From contig MU058241.1 in the NCBI GenBank assembly GCA_013265495.1, positions 310,001 through 374,000 of the forward strand: a DNA stretch of 64,000 nt, in the 5' to 3' direction. Below, in pieces: positions 50,828-63,825 of this stretch. The position numbers were made by a program, and so were the translations under genes. The stretch is from Vicugna vicugna. Taxonomy: Eukaryota. The notes beneath the pieces were generated by a model, which was not told the origin of the DNA, made no database searches, and saw only the letters and a program-made list of their open reading frames with translations. The number at the start of each line of letters is the position of its first letter. Within the stretch, counting starts at the first letter, position 1.

Positions 50828-51055
50828 TTTTTTTATAACATTTTTTATTGAGTTATAGTCATTTTACAGTGTTGTGTCAAATTCCAGTATAGGGCACAAT
50901 TTTTCAGTTATACATGCACATACATATATTCATTGTCACATTCTCTTTCTCTGTGAGCCACCACAAGATCCTGTATATATTTCCCTGTGCTACAAAGTAC
51001 AATCTTGTTTATCTATTCTACATTGTGAAATCCCAGTGTGTCCCTTCCCGCCTCC
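50828..51055 (-). mobile_element. Short camelid L1 3' fragment inside an older L1M remnant (~50400-51130)
   Basis: Same tail family as 48240. Approximate TSD ttggt(gt)agttta on both sides. Confidence 0.88.
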
Positions 51056-53082
51056 TTGGTGTAGTTTAAATAACATAATAAACCTCCACATAATGATTTA
51101 TCAACTTTAGATGATATCTATTCACTGTCAACTCTAAGATGACTTCCCACCCTATTAAGGGGGAGTAGAGGTGGAAAGAAACTGTGTTAATGATAAATAT
51201 TAAAGCATCGATTGGAGGATGATGGTTGGGGAAGATGTAAGCCTGGGGCCTGAGGATGAGGAGAAAAAAGTGAAGAAAGAAAAGTTGTGAACCAGTAGGG
51301 TATGCTGTTTAGTCATGCTAACTGCTGTTTCATGATAAGCCACAAAAAAAGCACGTCGAGTCTCTGTGACTGTGTTTCCAGGGCATGCGGGACTTACGTG
51401 ACAGATCTGCAAGCGGGAATTCCACCTTGAGTAGTCCGTGGAGTGGGCAAAGGAGGAGCAGTTCATCTTCCATTTCCTACTGGACAAGGTTTGTGCCTTG
51501 GGAAATACAGTATCCTACCCTTTTTGGAAGGTGAAGATAAAAATGCAATGTCTACCTCTAAAAATATAGGTCAGTCATTAAGGTCGAGTATGACTTGCCC
51601 CCCACCTTCACCATCTTCTGCAATCCTGTATCCCACCATTTCCACATTCAGTCTCGTCTTCAGGCTCTGCACTGTCGTTCTTGCAAGCTGCGTTCATTCT
51701 TGAGTCATGGCTTTGGGCTGCTTTGTCTCACCTCCCTCAGGGACTCAGTCCTCTCTTTAGCTGTTTAAGCATTCAGCCCCTCTCCCTTCTTTGCAGACCT
51801 TTGTACTTACAGCCATGTGACCTTGATCTCTTAATTGTGCTCTGATTATTTCATATGTATGCGTTTTGTCTCCTACATTAGAGTCGAAGTGTCTGAAGGT
51901 CAGGCACCGTGTTAAACGTAAAAGGGAGACAGAGCAGGAGATGGGAATTGGCATTAGTCAGGAGACACATGTTTTGAGTGCTCGATTTGTATGCCTTGAG
52001 AAAGTGCCGCGCGGCGTTCAGGGCTCCTTAAAAGACCCAAGGCATTTTTTCACACCTAGACGTGTGACGATGTCTTTTGAAACTCCATTTAAGACTGCTG
52101 CAGTGGACAGGCTTCGCCTCTAAATGCAGTGACTTCAGAAAGACATCGTAAATGATTTCCGGAGCTAGTGTGAATATGCAGTTTTTTTTAAGAAACTGCC
52201 ATAAGAATTGGGGTTATTCAAATGAATCAAAGTGATTTATCTTTTTTCATAATTTCTTGGTAAGTGGTTATAAGAATAAATTTTGGAGATGCTTTTTTGA
52301 AGAAATATTATAAATGAAAAAAATTTTTTAGCAAAAGGGGCACTATTAGAAAATTATATAAGTATTGTTTGATTTTTATTGTGTGCCAATTGATGTATTT
52401 GTATAATTTTATGAAATTATGTGTCATTATGTCCCAAAGAAAATTCTCCCTGTGTGGTTTCATTTTTTAACTATGGTTATATAATAGTGGTCCTAATGAC
52501 CACTTTTTCTTTCTTTCTTTTTTTTTTTGAAACTTCTGGGTTATTTTGCAAATTCTGTTAGCTTTTACTAATGTCAGGAGGGTGGTCAAGATCATTAAGC
52601 CTTTGCCAAAGAGAGGGTCCAGTGACGCTAATACAGAGCTATAGAAATTACATTTCTGTAAAGCTTCCAAGTATTTTAGAACACGATGTTTAGGACTAAC
52701 CTAGCGTGACACCCTTGTTTTGTGAAGAGGAAGTTGGGGTCCAGAGACTTTATGTAACTTGGCCAAAATCTTGAAGCTAGTTTTTGGCCAAATTGGAAAT
52801 AAATTCAATTGTACCAAATACTAGTCAAGAATCATTTTAAAAAGTCTTGATTTTTTTTCGTCCTCATATATTACCTGATGTCTAAGGTCAGAGTTCTTTT
52901 TAAACCCAGGCTGGACATCTCCCTCAATTTATAGTACAGATATAAAGAGAAGACAGGAAGTACTAACTTTGGTCCATTCTAGATTCTACCTGTGCATGCT
53001 TGGTTTATGATATGTCCATCCTAAGAAGTGTGATGTTTTACATCTCTGCCTATTCCAGGTAGCGATATCCAATACTGGCTAA

Positions 53083-53146
53083 CATAGATAGGTGAATGGA
53101 TAGATAGGTAGACAGGTAGAAAGACAGACAGATGGACAGATAGATC
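53083..53146. repeat. Degenerate (TAGA/CAGA)n microsatellite
   Basis: 'catagataggtgaatggatagataggtagacaggtagaaagacagacagatggacagatagatc'. Confidence 0.7.
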
Positions 53147-54561
53147 GAGAAATATCCCATGGATCAGTGGGAAATGAATGGGGGCCTGGAGTTCAGAGGG
53201 CTGTGGTTTGTGTTCCTCCCTCTAGTCCCAGTTGATGGTTGTGTGCCCTTGAGTAAATCTTCCATCTCACCGACTTGTTACAGGGTTCACAGGAGGTAAA
53301 GGCTTTGGAGAAGTATGCCGCTTATATTAAGCAAAGAGGAACCTCCTTGTCTGGATATTTCAGAGACATCTTCATTTGTTACCATTCGTTTTGCTTTCAT
53401 TCCATTTATTGTGCAATGCTAGATAGCATTTCCCATCACCCTAAGTGATTCTTTCTTTCTCTGATCCATGCTGATTTTTGTCTTGACCCAGCCAAAGTCA
53501 AGGCACAGGAATAGCCATCTAAAAATGTAAGGAACTTGGCCCATTATTTCTCACTTGACGTGGGAGAGTGGTTGGGAGTGGGTGGGACTGGATGGATGGA
53601 AGAATGAGTTGTCCAGCTACCCCTGAGGTGTCTTCCTGTTTCCTTCCCCGCCCAGCATCCCCACTCAGAGTTCACACTGCTGAGTAAATCAGTGGCTTGT
53701 GTTCTTCACATGGTACTTCCATGGGTTGATGTCCCTGTGACCTTCCACCTGCCAGGTCATCAGAGAGGATGCATCAGGGGTGACACTCCAGGTTTGAAAA
53801 ACATTCCTCTCATAAGCCAGGGACAAAGAGCGTTTGTCAGCTCTCTGAGAAGTTAGAAGCTAAAGTTATTCAGTACATGAAAAGGTTGGTTATTTGACCT
53901 TCCCTGAAGAAACCATGGGCCATTGCATCTCTCATTTAGAATGGACAATGGAGGTATAGTAGATACTTCAATAACAAACTCATTGAAGGAGGGAAACTGA
54001 AAATATGAACTCTCTAAAACCCAGCCAGTTGTTACTGTGAACTTCTGTAACTGAGTTGACCAAGTGAGGGCATTGGAAGCCCATTCCACATCTGTCTGTG
54101 GTGCATTTTCAGCTCCTCCACGGTCCACAGATGTTAAATTAATTGCTTTTCATAATATCTTTGTGAGGATGGATTAGTAAATGTCGAACTGAGAAGTATG
54201 AAATGTTCTGTTACTCAGTAAAACTCCCAGGTATGTACTTATTCTAATAGGTAGATCTGCCCCTTGACAACTTAAGGTAGTAGACATAATAAACCCTACA
54301 AGTTTGGGGCTCAGATTGAGATAAGATATTTTGCTGAGCTACCACAGACAACCCTGGTCCAAGGGCTACTTGCTGTAAGTTCGTCTGCTGTGGTATGTCC
54401 GTCATCGCTTTAGTCACTGATTTACGAGGCACCATCGCACATAAAATGGACCGGTCCTGCCTGCAGAGAATAATTGCTGATGCAGTTACCTCCAGGACAC
54501 ACCACTGACTTCACAGACTCCTGCTCCAAATGTGATAAGCACACAGGCTGATTCTGCTTAC

Positions 54562-54665
54562 CTGGAGGTGGACAGATAATTTCTGATGTCATCTCTTCAG
54601 CGTTGTGCTTTACAGACACTTCGACAACACCTGCTCCCGTTTTATGAAGATGTGGGTCCACAGAC
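54562..54665 (-). other. Candidate exon (104 nt), unknown transcript
   Basis: Acceptor 'tcttgatttttag|G', donor 'CAG|gtaagc', one open frame (SVDPHLHKTGAGVVEVSVKHNAEEMTSEIICPPP). Confidence 0.35.
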
Positions 54666-55680
54666 CTAAAAATCAAGACATCTGTGCCCAAGGAGATGCC
54701 TTATGGACGGGGTGACCAACAACCATCACACTAGAGTTACGTTTCCACAAACAGAAGTGCTCCACTGGCTCCATTTTTCACCCGTCCTGCTTCGTGTTCC
54801 TTGTCTCAAGGTGCCCTGCACCTCACCCCACCCCAGGGTTTCCGTTTCAGGCCACATGGCGCACAGCAAAACCCAGGAGGGGAATCGGGAAGAAGCAGTT
54901 CAGAGCCTGGAGGGCACACTTGGAAGAAGCTGGTTGGGAAGCTGAGAAGCTTTGTGGACGATTGGTCCTGACCTGCGAGTCTTTTCAGTTGACACTGGGG
55001 TCAGTGTAGACCTACCTCTTCCACGTGTGCTCACTGCCTGGGCACCCCGAGGGGGCCTGGGGGTCCACATGGTAACAGGCTCTCCCAGTGGCCCTGGTGT
55101 GCACCATGTCTGCAAGACGCTGCTCTGCTGCCTGCTTTGTGCGTCTGGAACGGACTCTGTCCCGTGACGCTGGGACCCATCCTCTTGGAGGACTTAGCCC
55201 TTGTGTGGGGAGCAAGTTCAGTGCTAGTTAAGGATCTTACGTTCAGTTCCCTTTCGTTCGGGTGATGTCATGTGGTCACGGTTCTCCTGAAATTGAAGAG
55301 TGACCCAAATAAAGCAGAAACCCTGCTGAGATACTTTATTGCGTGAATCTGTTCTCTCTCTCTTAAAAAAAAAAAAAAGGAAATAGCCCAACCGCACTGC
55401 TGGAACCCTGCCTGACTAAGCTGTTGATTATCCTCTGATAAGGAGCCAACTTATCTCACCTCCTAGGAACCTCTTGGAGGAAAAAAGGGGAAGAAATGCT
55501 TACAAAGGCTCTGTGGCACCCTGATGGGGGAAATCTCAGTTAGATTCAGTGCAGAAACAAATCCATGAATGAACAAATAAATGAGGAATGAACAGGTGCT
55601 TGAAAAATCAATTGCATTATGGTTTTCCCTTTGGGGGCCAGTGAGATGAATGTTTGAATTATTGAGCTGCCCCTTGAAGT

Positions 55681-55886
55681 TAAGTTTTCTCAACCTTGGA
55701 ATAAGTGACATTTGGGGCCCATGTTATTTTTGCTGGAGGTAGTAGGATGTTTACCAGCATCCCGGAACTCTGCCCACTGGATGCCGGTAGCAATGCCCAT
55801 CTCCAGTCCTGAGAACCAAAAATGTTTCCAGACAGTGGCTAAGGTCCCCGGGGGGCTGCAAAATGGCCCGAGGTTGAGAACCACTA
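55681..55886. mobile_element. MER20 (hAT-Charlie)
   Basis: 'ttctcaaccttgg...tgacatttggggcc', 'taggatgtttaccagcatccc...cccactggatgcc.gtagca', 'aaccaaaaatgtttccagaca', 'ggttgagaaccact'. Confidence 0.9.
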
Positions 55887-57019
55887 CTATAAATGGATCT
55901 AGACCCCCTGTTGATATTTCTTAAATGCTTATTAATTTAATAGGAATGTTGCTTGTTCCCAGTAAGCCTGGCAAATTGACAGTGACAGGGAAAGCCTTCG
56001 ATAATCTAAATTTAATGGGCGCTGTGTACAGCAGCTGAGGGCTGACCTCTGTGAGCCCATTAGAAAAGTTTTTAAAAACAAAACAGGCATCTTTCAGCAA
56101 CTGTGGTGCATTTTAAAGAGCAAGCAAAGGCCGGGCTCTGGAATCCGGGAGGGCCTTTCCTGCTCACTGGGCTGCAAAGATTCTGCAGTTTACAGCATTC
56201 CTGGGAGAGCTGGCGAAGTGACTCTGAAGGTTGGCAGTCTCAACCCACTGGTTTTGCCGGTTGGTTTAAAGGGGAGACACTAAGTCTAACTGGAGCTAGA
56301 CCTTTGCCGAGACCATAAACTCATAAGTATGTAGGAGGGGTGACAGTTGTGGAAGGTGACAAAGCTCAGGGCATCCATTGTTTCGCTTTGGCATTCTCTG
56401 TGAGACAGGCATTGTGAACTCAGCCCTGTGGGTTAAGGCGAGGCCGAGTTCTCACTGTCGGTTCTATGGTCTGAAAATACGGCCTGGGTAGTATCCTTGC
56501 TGCATAGGTGGTCCTTCAATGAGACTTGGCTTCCTTGCTTTCCAGAAGTGAAGGAGGGTGTCTGATGCATGAGTCCTTCACCCGGGAAAGGGTGGGAACA
56601 AAGACTGCAGTAGATCTTAAACACGTTCTGCAAAATGTTAGCCGTAATGACGCTTCTTCTGGCCTGGCAGAAGGACTGCGCACACTGCTGTGTAGGATGG
56701 AGCCACCAAAGTCCGGATGGCTGTCTGCTCACGTTCATTAAAGAGCCTACTACGTGCTAGGAGCATTTGTCCGTTTCTCCCTTTATGCCTCCGGACAGTC
56801 CTGGAATGCATTCACCTCCACTTTGCTAAAAATGACCCTCAACTGCCGCTCACCTGTCTGGTCGTGAGTGGAGTTAGGATTCAAACTCAGTTTGCTTATT
56901 TTGAAACTTTGAGATTTTCACAGCGTTCTGCTCCAGAAATGGGGAAGTGTGGTCCTCTGCTCCCATACTAGCCTGATTTCCTGACATCAAGAGAGTTGTT
57001 TTTCTTTCTTGCGCTTTTC

Positions 57020-57560
57020 TTTTTTTTTTTTAATGAGGTGGAATATGCATAAATTAAAAACTCATCATTTTAATCATTATAAAGTGAACAGTTCCCTTTA
57101 GTACCTTCATTAGGTTGTGCAACCATCACCCCTAATTCTAGAGCATTTTCATCACTTAATAGGGAAACCCGGATTAGCCCACACTCCCCACCCCAACCCC
57201 AGCCCCTGGTAGCCACTTTCTGACTCAACAGATACCGCTGTCATGGTTCTTTCATATACTGGAATCCTCCAGTATCTGGCCTTGTGACTGGCTCCCTTCA
57301 CTTACCATAGTGCTCTCGAGCTTCACTCGTGCTGTAGTGGGTATCGGTGTTTCATTCCTTTTTATGGCCATGTAGTCTTCTGTGGTATGGATGGACCACA
57401 TTTTCTCTATCCACTCATCTATTGATAAATCTTTCAGTTGTTTCTATGTCTTGATGATAACGCAGCTATGAATATTTGTATATAAGTACGTGGAGTCACT
57501 GTTTTCAACACTTTTGGGTATATACCGAGGAGTGGAGTTGCTGGGTCACGTGGTCACTCT
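57020..57560 (-). mobile_element. L1MB-type 3' end
   Basis: Poly-T followed by 'ttgtgcaaccatcacc..taattctagagcattttcatcac', 'cccagcccctgg' and 'gggtatataccgaggagtggagttgctgggtca'. Confidence 0.85.
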
Positions 57561-57879
57561 TTGTTGCCTCTTCTTCACTCTTAAATGTCCTTTCTTCCTA
57601 CTGCCAAGTGCTTTGGGTTGTCATGCATGATTCATGCAGCAGCCACTCAACAGACATTTATGAGGCCCCGCCATGTGCCGCCGTGGCATTTGCACACAAA
57701 TCAAGAAGTCCCAGCTGCTGCCCTGCAGCTCTTAACAGTTGACTCTCAGGGCAATATGAGGTTACCAGGTGGTCACAGTGCAGGTTGCTAAGGACAACAG
57801 CTGGGGAGCTTTGGGAACAGAGGAGAGGGCCCTAGTGGTTGTGATAACTAACCTTTATTGAGCACTTTCTGTGTGCTGG

Positions 57880-58438
57880 GCCCTGCGTAAGGGAAAGATG
57901 GAGACATGGCATGAATCCTCCAGACCCCCTACAAAGGACTGCAGCAGTCTCTCCGCCCCCACCCCCGTGCCTCCAGTCCTCTTCTCCTGCAGCCAGCTGC
58001 CACCATCTGTGTGTCTTTGCTCTTTCTCTCTCTTTTCATTTTGGAACCACATATGCTAAAGGCCATTCTGGCCAAACCCCAGGTGGGAAGCAGTGGAAAT
58101 GAACACCTCAAGGAGCAGCCATCAACCACTTATTTTCAGGGATTTGCAGCAAATACCTCAGCTCTCCCTCCTGAGAGCAGGACAGGGAGGTTGGCAAGAG
58201 GGTGGTAGGCGTGGGGGAGACTGGGGCCATTCTGAGGGAGACTGTGGGACTGTTACCCAAGGAATGAAGTGCCGGGTGCCCACTGTATGGCTGGCTGGCT
58301 TAGTGACACAGCTCATGTGTATTTCTTCCTTGTCTGCATCTCCTTCCACCCCCACGGATGTCCTCTGGACCTTCCAAATAACTCTTGCATTTGAATCCTT
58401 GTTTTAAGGTCAGCTTCTGAGGCACTCCAGACTGGACA
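57880..58438 (+). mobile_element. ERVL LTR (LTR16-like)
   Basis: 'gcagtggaaatgaacacc', 'gcaaatacctcagctctc', and the end 'ccaaataactcttgcatttgaatccttgtttt.aggtc.gcttctg'. Confidence 0.6.
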
Positions 58439-58589
58439 GGTATATACCCTTAGTATCGTCTTTCAGGATGATAGTTTGGGAAGCTTGCCTAAGGCCAAAA
58501 GCTAAGTGGCAGAACAAGTCCAAATGCGGGCAGCCTGATTCCTTCCTGTCTCCTAACAGCCAGGCTGTCCTGACTCCTAGACACCACTT

Positions 58590-59543
58590 TGATCGCTGCT
58601 GTAACCAACTACTGCCAACTTAGTGGATAAAACTGCAAAAATCTATTATCTTCTATTCTGGAGTCGGAAGTCCAGAATCAGTCTCACTGGGTGTGATGGC
58701 TGATTTTATGTGTCAGCCTCACTGGCAGTGGGGTGTCCAGGTTATGTAGCGTTACTTGTGGATGTGTCTGGGAGAGTGTTTCCTAACACGATGGGCATTT
58801 AAGTCGGTGAACTCAGTCTAGCAATGGCCTTCCCCAGGGTGGACACCATCTTATCCGTCAAGGGCCTGCATAGAACAGAAAGTGTATGTGGGATGAATTC
58901 ATCCCTTTTCCTCCTGCCTCACTGTGGGCAGGGGCATCTCATCTCATCTCTGCCTGCCCTCCAGCTGAGGTTTACACATCGACTCCCCTGGTTCTCAGGC
59001 CTTTGGACTCAGACTGAGTTATACCGCTGGCTTTCCTGGGTCTCCAGTTTGCAGACAGCAGGTGGTAGGACTTCTCAGCCTCCAGAGTCGCGTCAGCCAG
59101 TGTGCCTCATTCTAAATCTCTTAGTGGTCCTGTTGCTCTGGAGAACCCTGACTAAAACACTAGGCTAAAATCAGGGCGTCGTCAGGGCTGTGTTCCTTCT
59201 TGGATCATTCTTTTTGGAGAATCTGTGTTCTCGCCTTTTCCAGCATCTAGAGGCCGCCTATTCTCCTTGGCTTGTGGCCCCTTCCTGCACCTTCAAAGCC
59301 AGCGCTGGCTGGCTGACTCTTCCTCACGCTGCATCACTCTGAGTCGCATTCTCTGGACTCACATCTCCCTTCTGCCTCCCTCCTGTGATTACACTCCCAC
59401 TTACGTGACCCCCGATCACCTCCCCTCCTCCAGATTCTGAATCACAGCTGCAAACTCCTTTTGCTGGGTCACATAACATATTCACGGAATCTGGAGGCGA
59501 GGACATGCAAATCTGGTGAGGGTCCCCTATTCAGACTGCCACA
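58590..59543 (-). mobile_element. MaLR LTR (MLT1C/D-like) split by MLT2
   Basis: 'gctgctgtaacc..ctactgccaacttagtgg...gtctcactggg' resumes at 'ctaaaatcaggg...cagggctgtgttccttct' and ends 'attcagactgccaca'. Confidence 0.88.
58692..59159 (+). mobile_element. ERVL solo LTR (MLT2B-like)
   Basis: 'tgtgatggctgattttatgtgtca'...'ctctggagaaccctgactaaaaca'. 5-bp TSD ctggg / ctagg. Confidence 0.92.
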
Positions 59544-61610
59544 ATAGAAGGAGCCCTGAATAGAATACAGCTTTCGACTGTGGAGTAAACAAAACAAAGT
59601 GAAACCTCGAGATATTTGTGTCTTGGCCAGCTCTAGCTCTGCATTCCACATGAGGTGATGTCCTCTGAGGGCTTTCTTTATTTCCTAAATGAGCCACTGC
59701 TCTTGGTCCCCCCACTCCACCACCCCAGAAAGATGAGGTCTCTAACCCTGGTTGTCACAAAGCAGGTCCTGGTCACTTGTATGCACGGAGTTTGGTGAGA
59801 ATGAATCACAGCCCGTTTCAGGCAGAATCTACGTATGTTAAATGGCATACGTATCAAGTTTGAGTTGAAAAGAGCTATTTCATGTTACACAATATAGGAA
59901 AATAGATTCTGTCTTGAAGCCCAAAACAGTGCCTCTTGATTACAGGTACTGAGGTGCTTTGCTAAATATTGCGTCTCATATTTTGTGGTACTAAATTTGA
60001 TAAATGTTTTTACAAAGGGACTTATTTATGTATTAATTCATAAAATGGTAAGCGAGCGACTCCAGCGTCTACTTAGGAATTCTAGGTCTGTATTTATCTT
60101 GGAACAGCCTTGGAAGCTATTTAAAAATTAAAATTGGAGATGTTCTGGTCATGGTACTACATGGCATGAGAGATAAGAAAGAGATGAGAAGCAATGGGGA
60201 AAGGCAAGTTTTTGTGTGTGTGGTTAGTTGAGGTAAATGGAGTGTTCAAAATAAAATGCAAAAACGAAAACAGCAAGCAAGAGAAGTGTCAAATCTTTGC
60301 TTTGATTCTCTCAGAAAAGCTTCAGAGGGATGGCGTTCGACAGGGAATGTCTTTCCCGTGTGTAAAATACAAGCCTCACAAGACAGCCCTGGGAAGAGAT
60401 CAGTTACCAGACAGCTGTGGGAAGCTGCGGCTAGCATATCGCGAAGCAGCAGAAGGGGAAAGCGGGCCTTACCCAGGAGGAAGAGAGGGCATGTGGATGA
60501 GGAAGAATGCCTAGGATGAAATGGGAGGCTGTTTGGGTTGCCAGTCCGTCACTTTCTTCTGCAGTTTCTGGAAAACTCAGAATACCCTTGATCATGGCCT
60601 CATGGATGGAGTGCTGTGTTACGAGCAGAAGGATTGAAATCTGCTGGGGACCCTGATGGGGTTTGCCGTTACATCTTCTTAGCTGCTCTCTGGGGCACTG
60701 GTGGAAGACAGATTATAAACTTGGCTGATGAACATGTGACATTTTCATTTCAATTAGGGGAAGATAACGCACCTTGCCAGGCGCTGCTGGAATTTTGTGT
60801 TACTCGGGGGCGCTCTCTATCAGTATCTGACTTCCTGGGAAGGATCATTGAAACCTTGTGTCCATCTCACGCCCACTGTGGGATCGCCTCCTTTCAGAGA
60901 CGTCAGGCTCCTTTATGACTCTGCTTCTGTGCTGGGCCTGGGCCAGGCGTGTTGAGGTTTTCTGGCTGCGGTTCCTGATCCTATCCGTGCTGACCGTTCC
61001 CTCACTCCTCAGGACCCTCCTGCTCCCTCCCACCCCCACCAGTTGTTTGTTCACTCACACAGGCACGCAGTTTCTTCATTTCACTTTGCAATCACCAGAT
61101 TCAAGTCCACCCACTCAACCCAGCACTAAGCTGGAAAGTCTCAGTGTGTTTAGGAAAGTGTCTGTATCTAACCCGGTGGTCCAGACAGGCATGCAGCACT
61201 CAGAGGCCTCCCGTGACTGTCCAGTCCGCGTGGATGCCAGTTGTAACAGAGACCATTCGGGAGGCTCCTGTATGCAGGTACGGAGCGCCTGTCCTCCTGG
61301 AAATCCCAGTCTTGTTGCTGGGGACGGCAAATGATCCGATAATCGAGTAATGTCCACAGCATGAAACTAGAAGGCAGTGAGTGCTCCTGGACAAGGGAAT
61401 TGGGATGAGGGCAAATTTCATCCTATGACCACCGGAGGCCTCACTGAGAAGGTGACTTTGGAGCAAAGACTTGAAAAAACGATTTCCTTCGTGGCAAACT
61501 TGGCATCACAGGACCATTTGGAAAAAAACCCTTAGCTTAGGTGTCCCCAGATCACACGGGGCGTTGTGATTTGAATTTCAATTCCTTACAAGGAGAGACC
61601 TTCACTTATT

Positions 61611-61697
61611 TATTTTTTTTAACATTTTTTATTGATTTATAATCATTTTACAATGTTGTGTCAAATTCCAGTGTAGAGCACAATTTTTCAGTTATAC
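61611..61697 (-). mobile_element. 87-bp camelid L1 3' stub
   Basis: Same tail as 48240 and 50828. 16-bp TSD gagaccttca(c/t)ttatt at 61595-61610 and 61698-61713. Confidence 0.93.
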
Positions 61698-62049
61698 GAG
61701 ACCTTCATTTATTAATACTCATGTAAACCTTTTCTGCACCAGAGCCCCCGGGAGCCAGAGGGTGAGTGTTTCTGATGGGCCCAAGCTGTCGACAGCGTCT
61801 GCATCCTCACATCCATCTCCGAGGATGCAGGTGTCTGTCCTGGCTCTGCACACATGCACACACTCTTACCCACAACTTTGTTTTCAATGTCCTTGTCATT
61901 TTGGACCCCTGGGGGTTTCCTTACTGTTGTTGCAGGAAAACCAAACATTTAAAAGAACGCAGTTTATCTTTCATGTAGCACTTTGGCATACTCTGCCGTG
62001 ATGACATCTCAAATTTACTTTCTATACTGTCAGAGAAATTAGGACTTAC

Positions 62050-62139
62050 CTGTATTGTTGGAAAAACCACCAGCTGCAGTCCACAACCTTCTAGGCTGTC
62101 CTGACACGAAGCTGTGAGCCAGGAGCCTAGGCTGTCTCC
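62050..62139 (-). other. Candidate exon (90 nt), unknown transcript
   Basis: Consensus donor 'CAG|gtaagt', weaker acceptor 'atatccctag|G'. Confidence 0.25.
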
Positions 62140-63539
62140 CTAGGGATATTCAAGGTCCCAAAAGTATGCTTTTCTACTAGGAGGTGCTCTGAATAATCTC
62201 ATCTCTAGTGTAGCTGATTATCCCTAAATGAATTGGTGAAATTAGTTTGTGCTCAAAACTTGCCTTAGACGGAAAATGTGTACTTTTGGATAAAGGCATT
62301 TTCAAGGCATTTGCTTGCCTTGGGTAAGCCAAGCTGTCTGAAAGCAGACAGGTCCAGTGATGACACGGTCAGGGTTGGGATCACAGTAAGAAAAATGAAG
62401 GCTTTTTCCTTTCAGGCAAATATTGAAAAGTTATTCAATTTTTGCAGATCTCTGCTGAAGGAAAAATACCACTTACACCCTAAAACCCTAATCATCTAAT
62501 CACAATATAAAGCTTTTAAAGAATGTTCTGCTCTTTGGAATAGACCACTGGGATTAAAATGACCTGAAAGCATAAACTCATTTTAGCAAGAGTATGCCTT
62601 TTATCATTCTGTGGAGATGTGGGTGGAGGTCACCGGCAGCTCAGCCAGATTCCCAAATTAACTTTACTTCTGAATTTCATGACAATATGAAAGAGGAAGG
62701 CACTCTCTTTACTTTTCTGAATGTTGTCTGAATTGATCATTGTGAGCTGAATTCTTAACACCAGACAGTGCCTCTTCTGAAGAGTTTGTTTCTCCTGGAA
62801 GTCAGCCACCTGCTGCCAAGACCCCCAGCACCTTTTGGCTTCATGGGAGAATGAATGCTGTTTGCTGCAGAGTTTTTTGTAACTGCAGGCGACCGAGGAA
62901 TAAATGCACGGGCCCAGAAGAGGAGACCTTGCCAACCATTGCTTCTGTGATTGTGCTCAATTTTAATTTAAACCAAAGCAAAGTTTCCATCCTTGTGTAT
63001 TTCCCAGTGATTTGCAGGGGAACATTAACAAGCACTTAGGAAGCATGTCCTGTTTTCAGACTAAATGAGGAATTGTACTCCATTCTCTCTTTGTTCTATT
63101 TTCACATGGAAGGAAACCAATCCTTAAAGACCCGCATCTTGTCACCACATAGTTTGACTTCAGAAGCAAGAAGTGCGCAGTTGTATGACTGCATAACCCA
63201 TTGTCCCTCTTGGCCAAATTCAAGTCTGAGGATGGATGAATTTGAAGTTACGATCCTGAACCCCAGCATCCTCCAACTGTATCCCCACCCCTCAGGCTTT
63301 ATGATACGTATTTTACAACACAGCAATTGAACATCCAGAACAAAGCCTCACAGTTGTTTATAATTGTCTCATCCTTGAATCCTTGAAATTTAGGCCAGTG
63401 CCGTACATAGCATTCTCTAGTTCATTAGTTCTTGTGGAATTTTAATTGAACAGAGGGCATACCTTGCTAGCTACATAGCCATGTGGGGCTTTGAATGAGG
63501 AATTTGTCAGCCTGGATGTGGACAGGGAGACAGGGTGGA

Positions 63540-63760
63540 GGCCAGAACGTGGATTCTAAAGGCAGAACCATTTGTATTGGAGTCACAGCTGTATCATTAC
63601 TGGTGTGGACCTTTCCATGCCTTGACTTCTTTGTCTTTAAAATGTAAGTAATGAAAGTACCGACTTATAAGTTTGTTCTGGGGCCCAAATAAATTAATGC
63701 CTAAAGTTCTCTAGAATTGCCCCTGGCATAAGGCAAACCTTGTATATATGTTTATTAAAT
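63540..63760 (+). mobile_element. MIR SINE
   Basis: 'ttctttgtctttaaaatgtaagtaatgaaagtaccgacttataagtttgtt...cctggcataaggcaaac'. Confidence 0.7.
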
Positions 63761-63823
63761 TAAGTGACTCCAAAGGCAGGCTCTGTCTCCTTCACTCCGA
63801 AAGTTTTAGTTGACACAGCTCAA

Positions 63824-63825
<2 letters not shown>

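Noticed and set aside
52089..52106. Resemblance of 'ttaagactgctgcagtg' to mature miR-499
   Set aside because: The match is only partial, runs into the hairpin loop, and the MYH7B intronic context is absent.
60858..61334. Longest + strand ORF (158 aa, hydrophobic N-terminus)
   Set aside because: It has a non-ATG start, no recognisable domain or splice context, and partly overlaps probable decayed LINE sequence.
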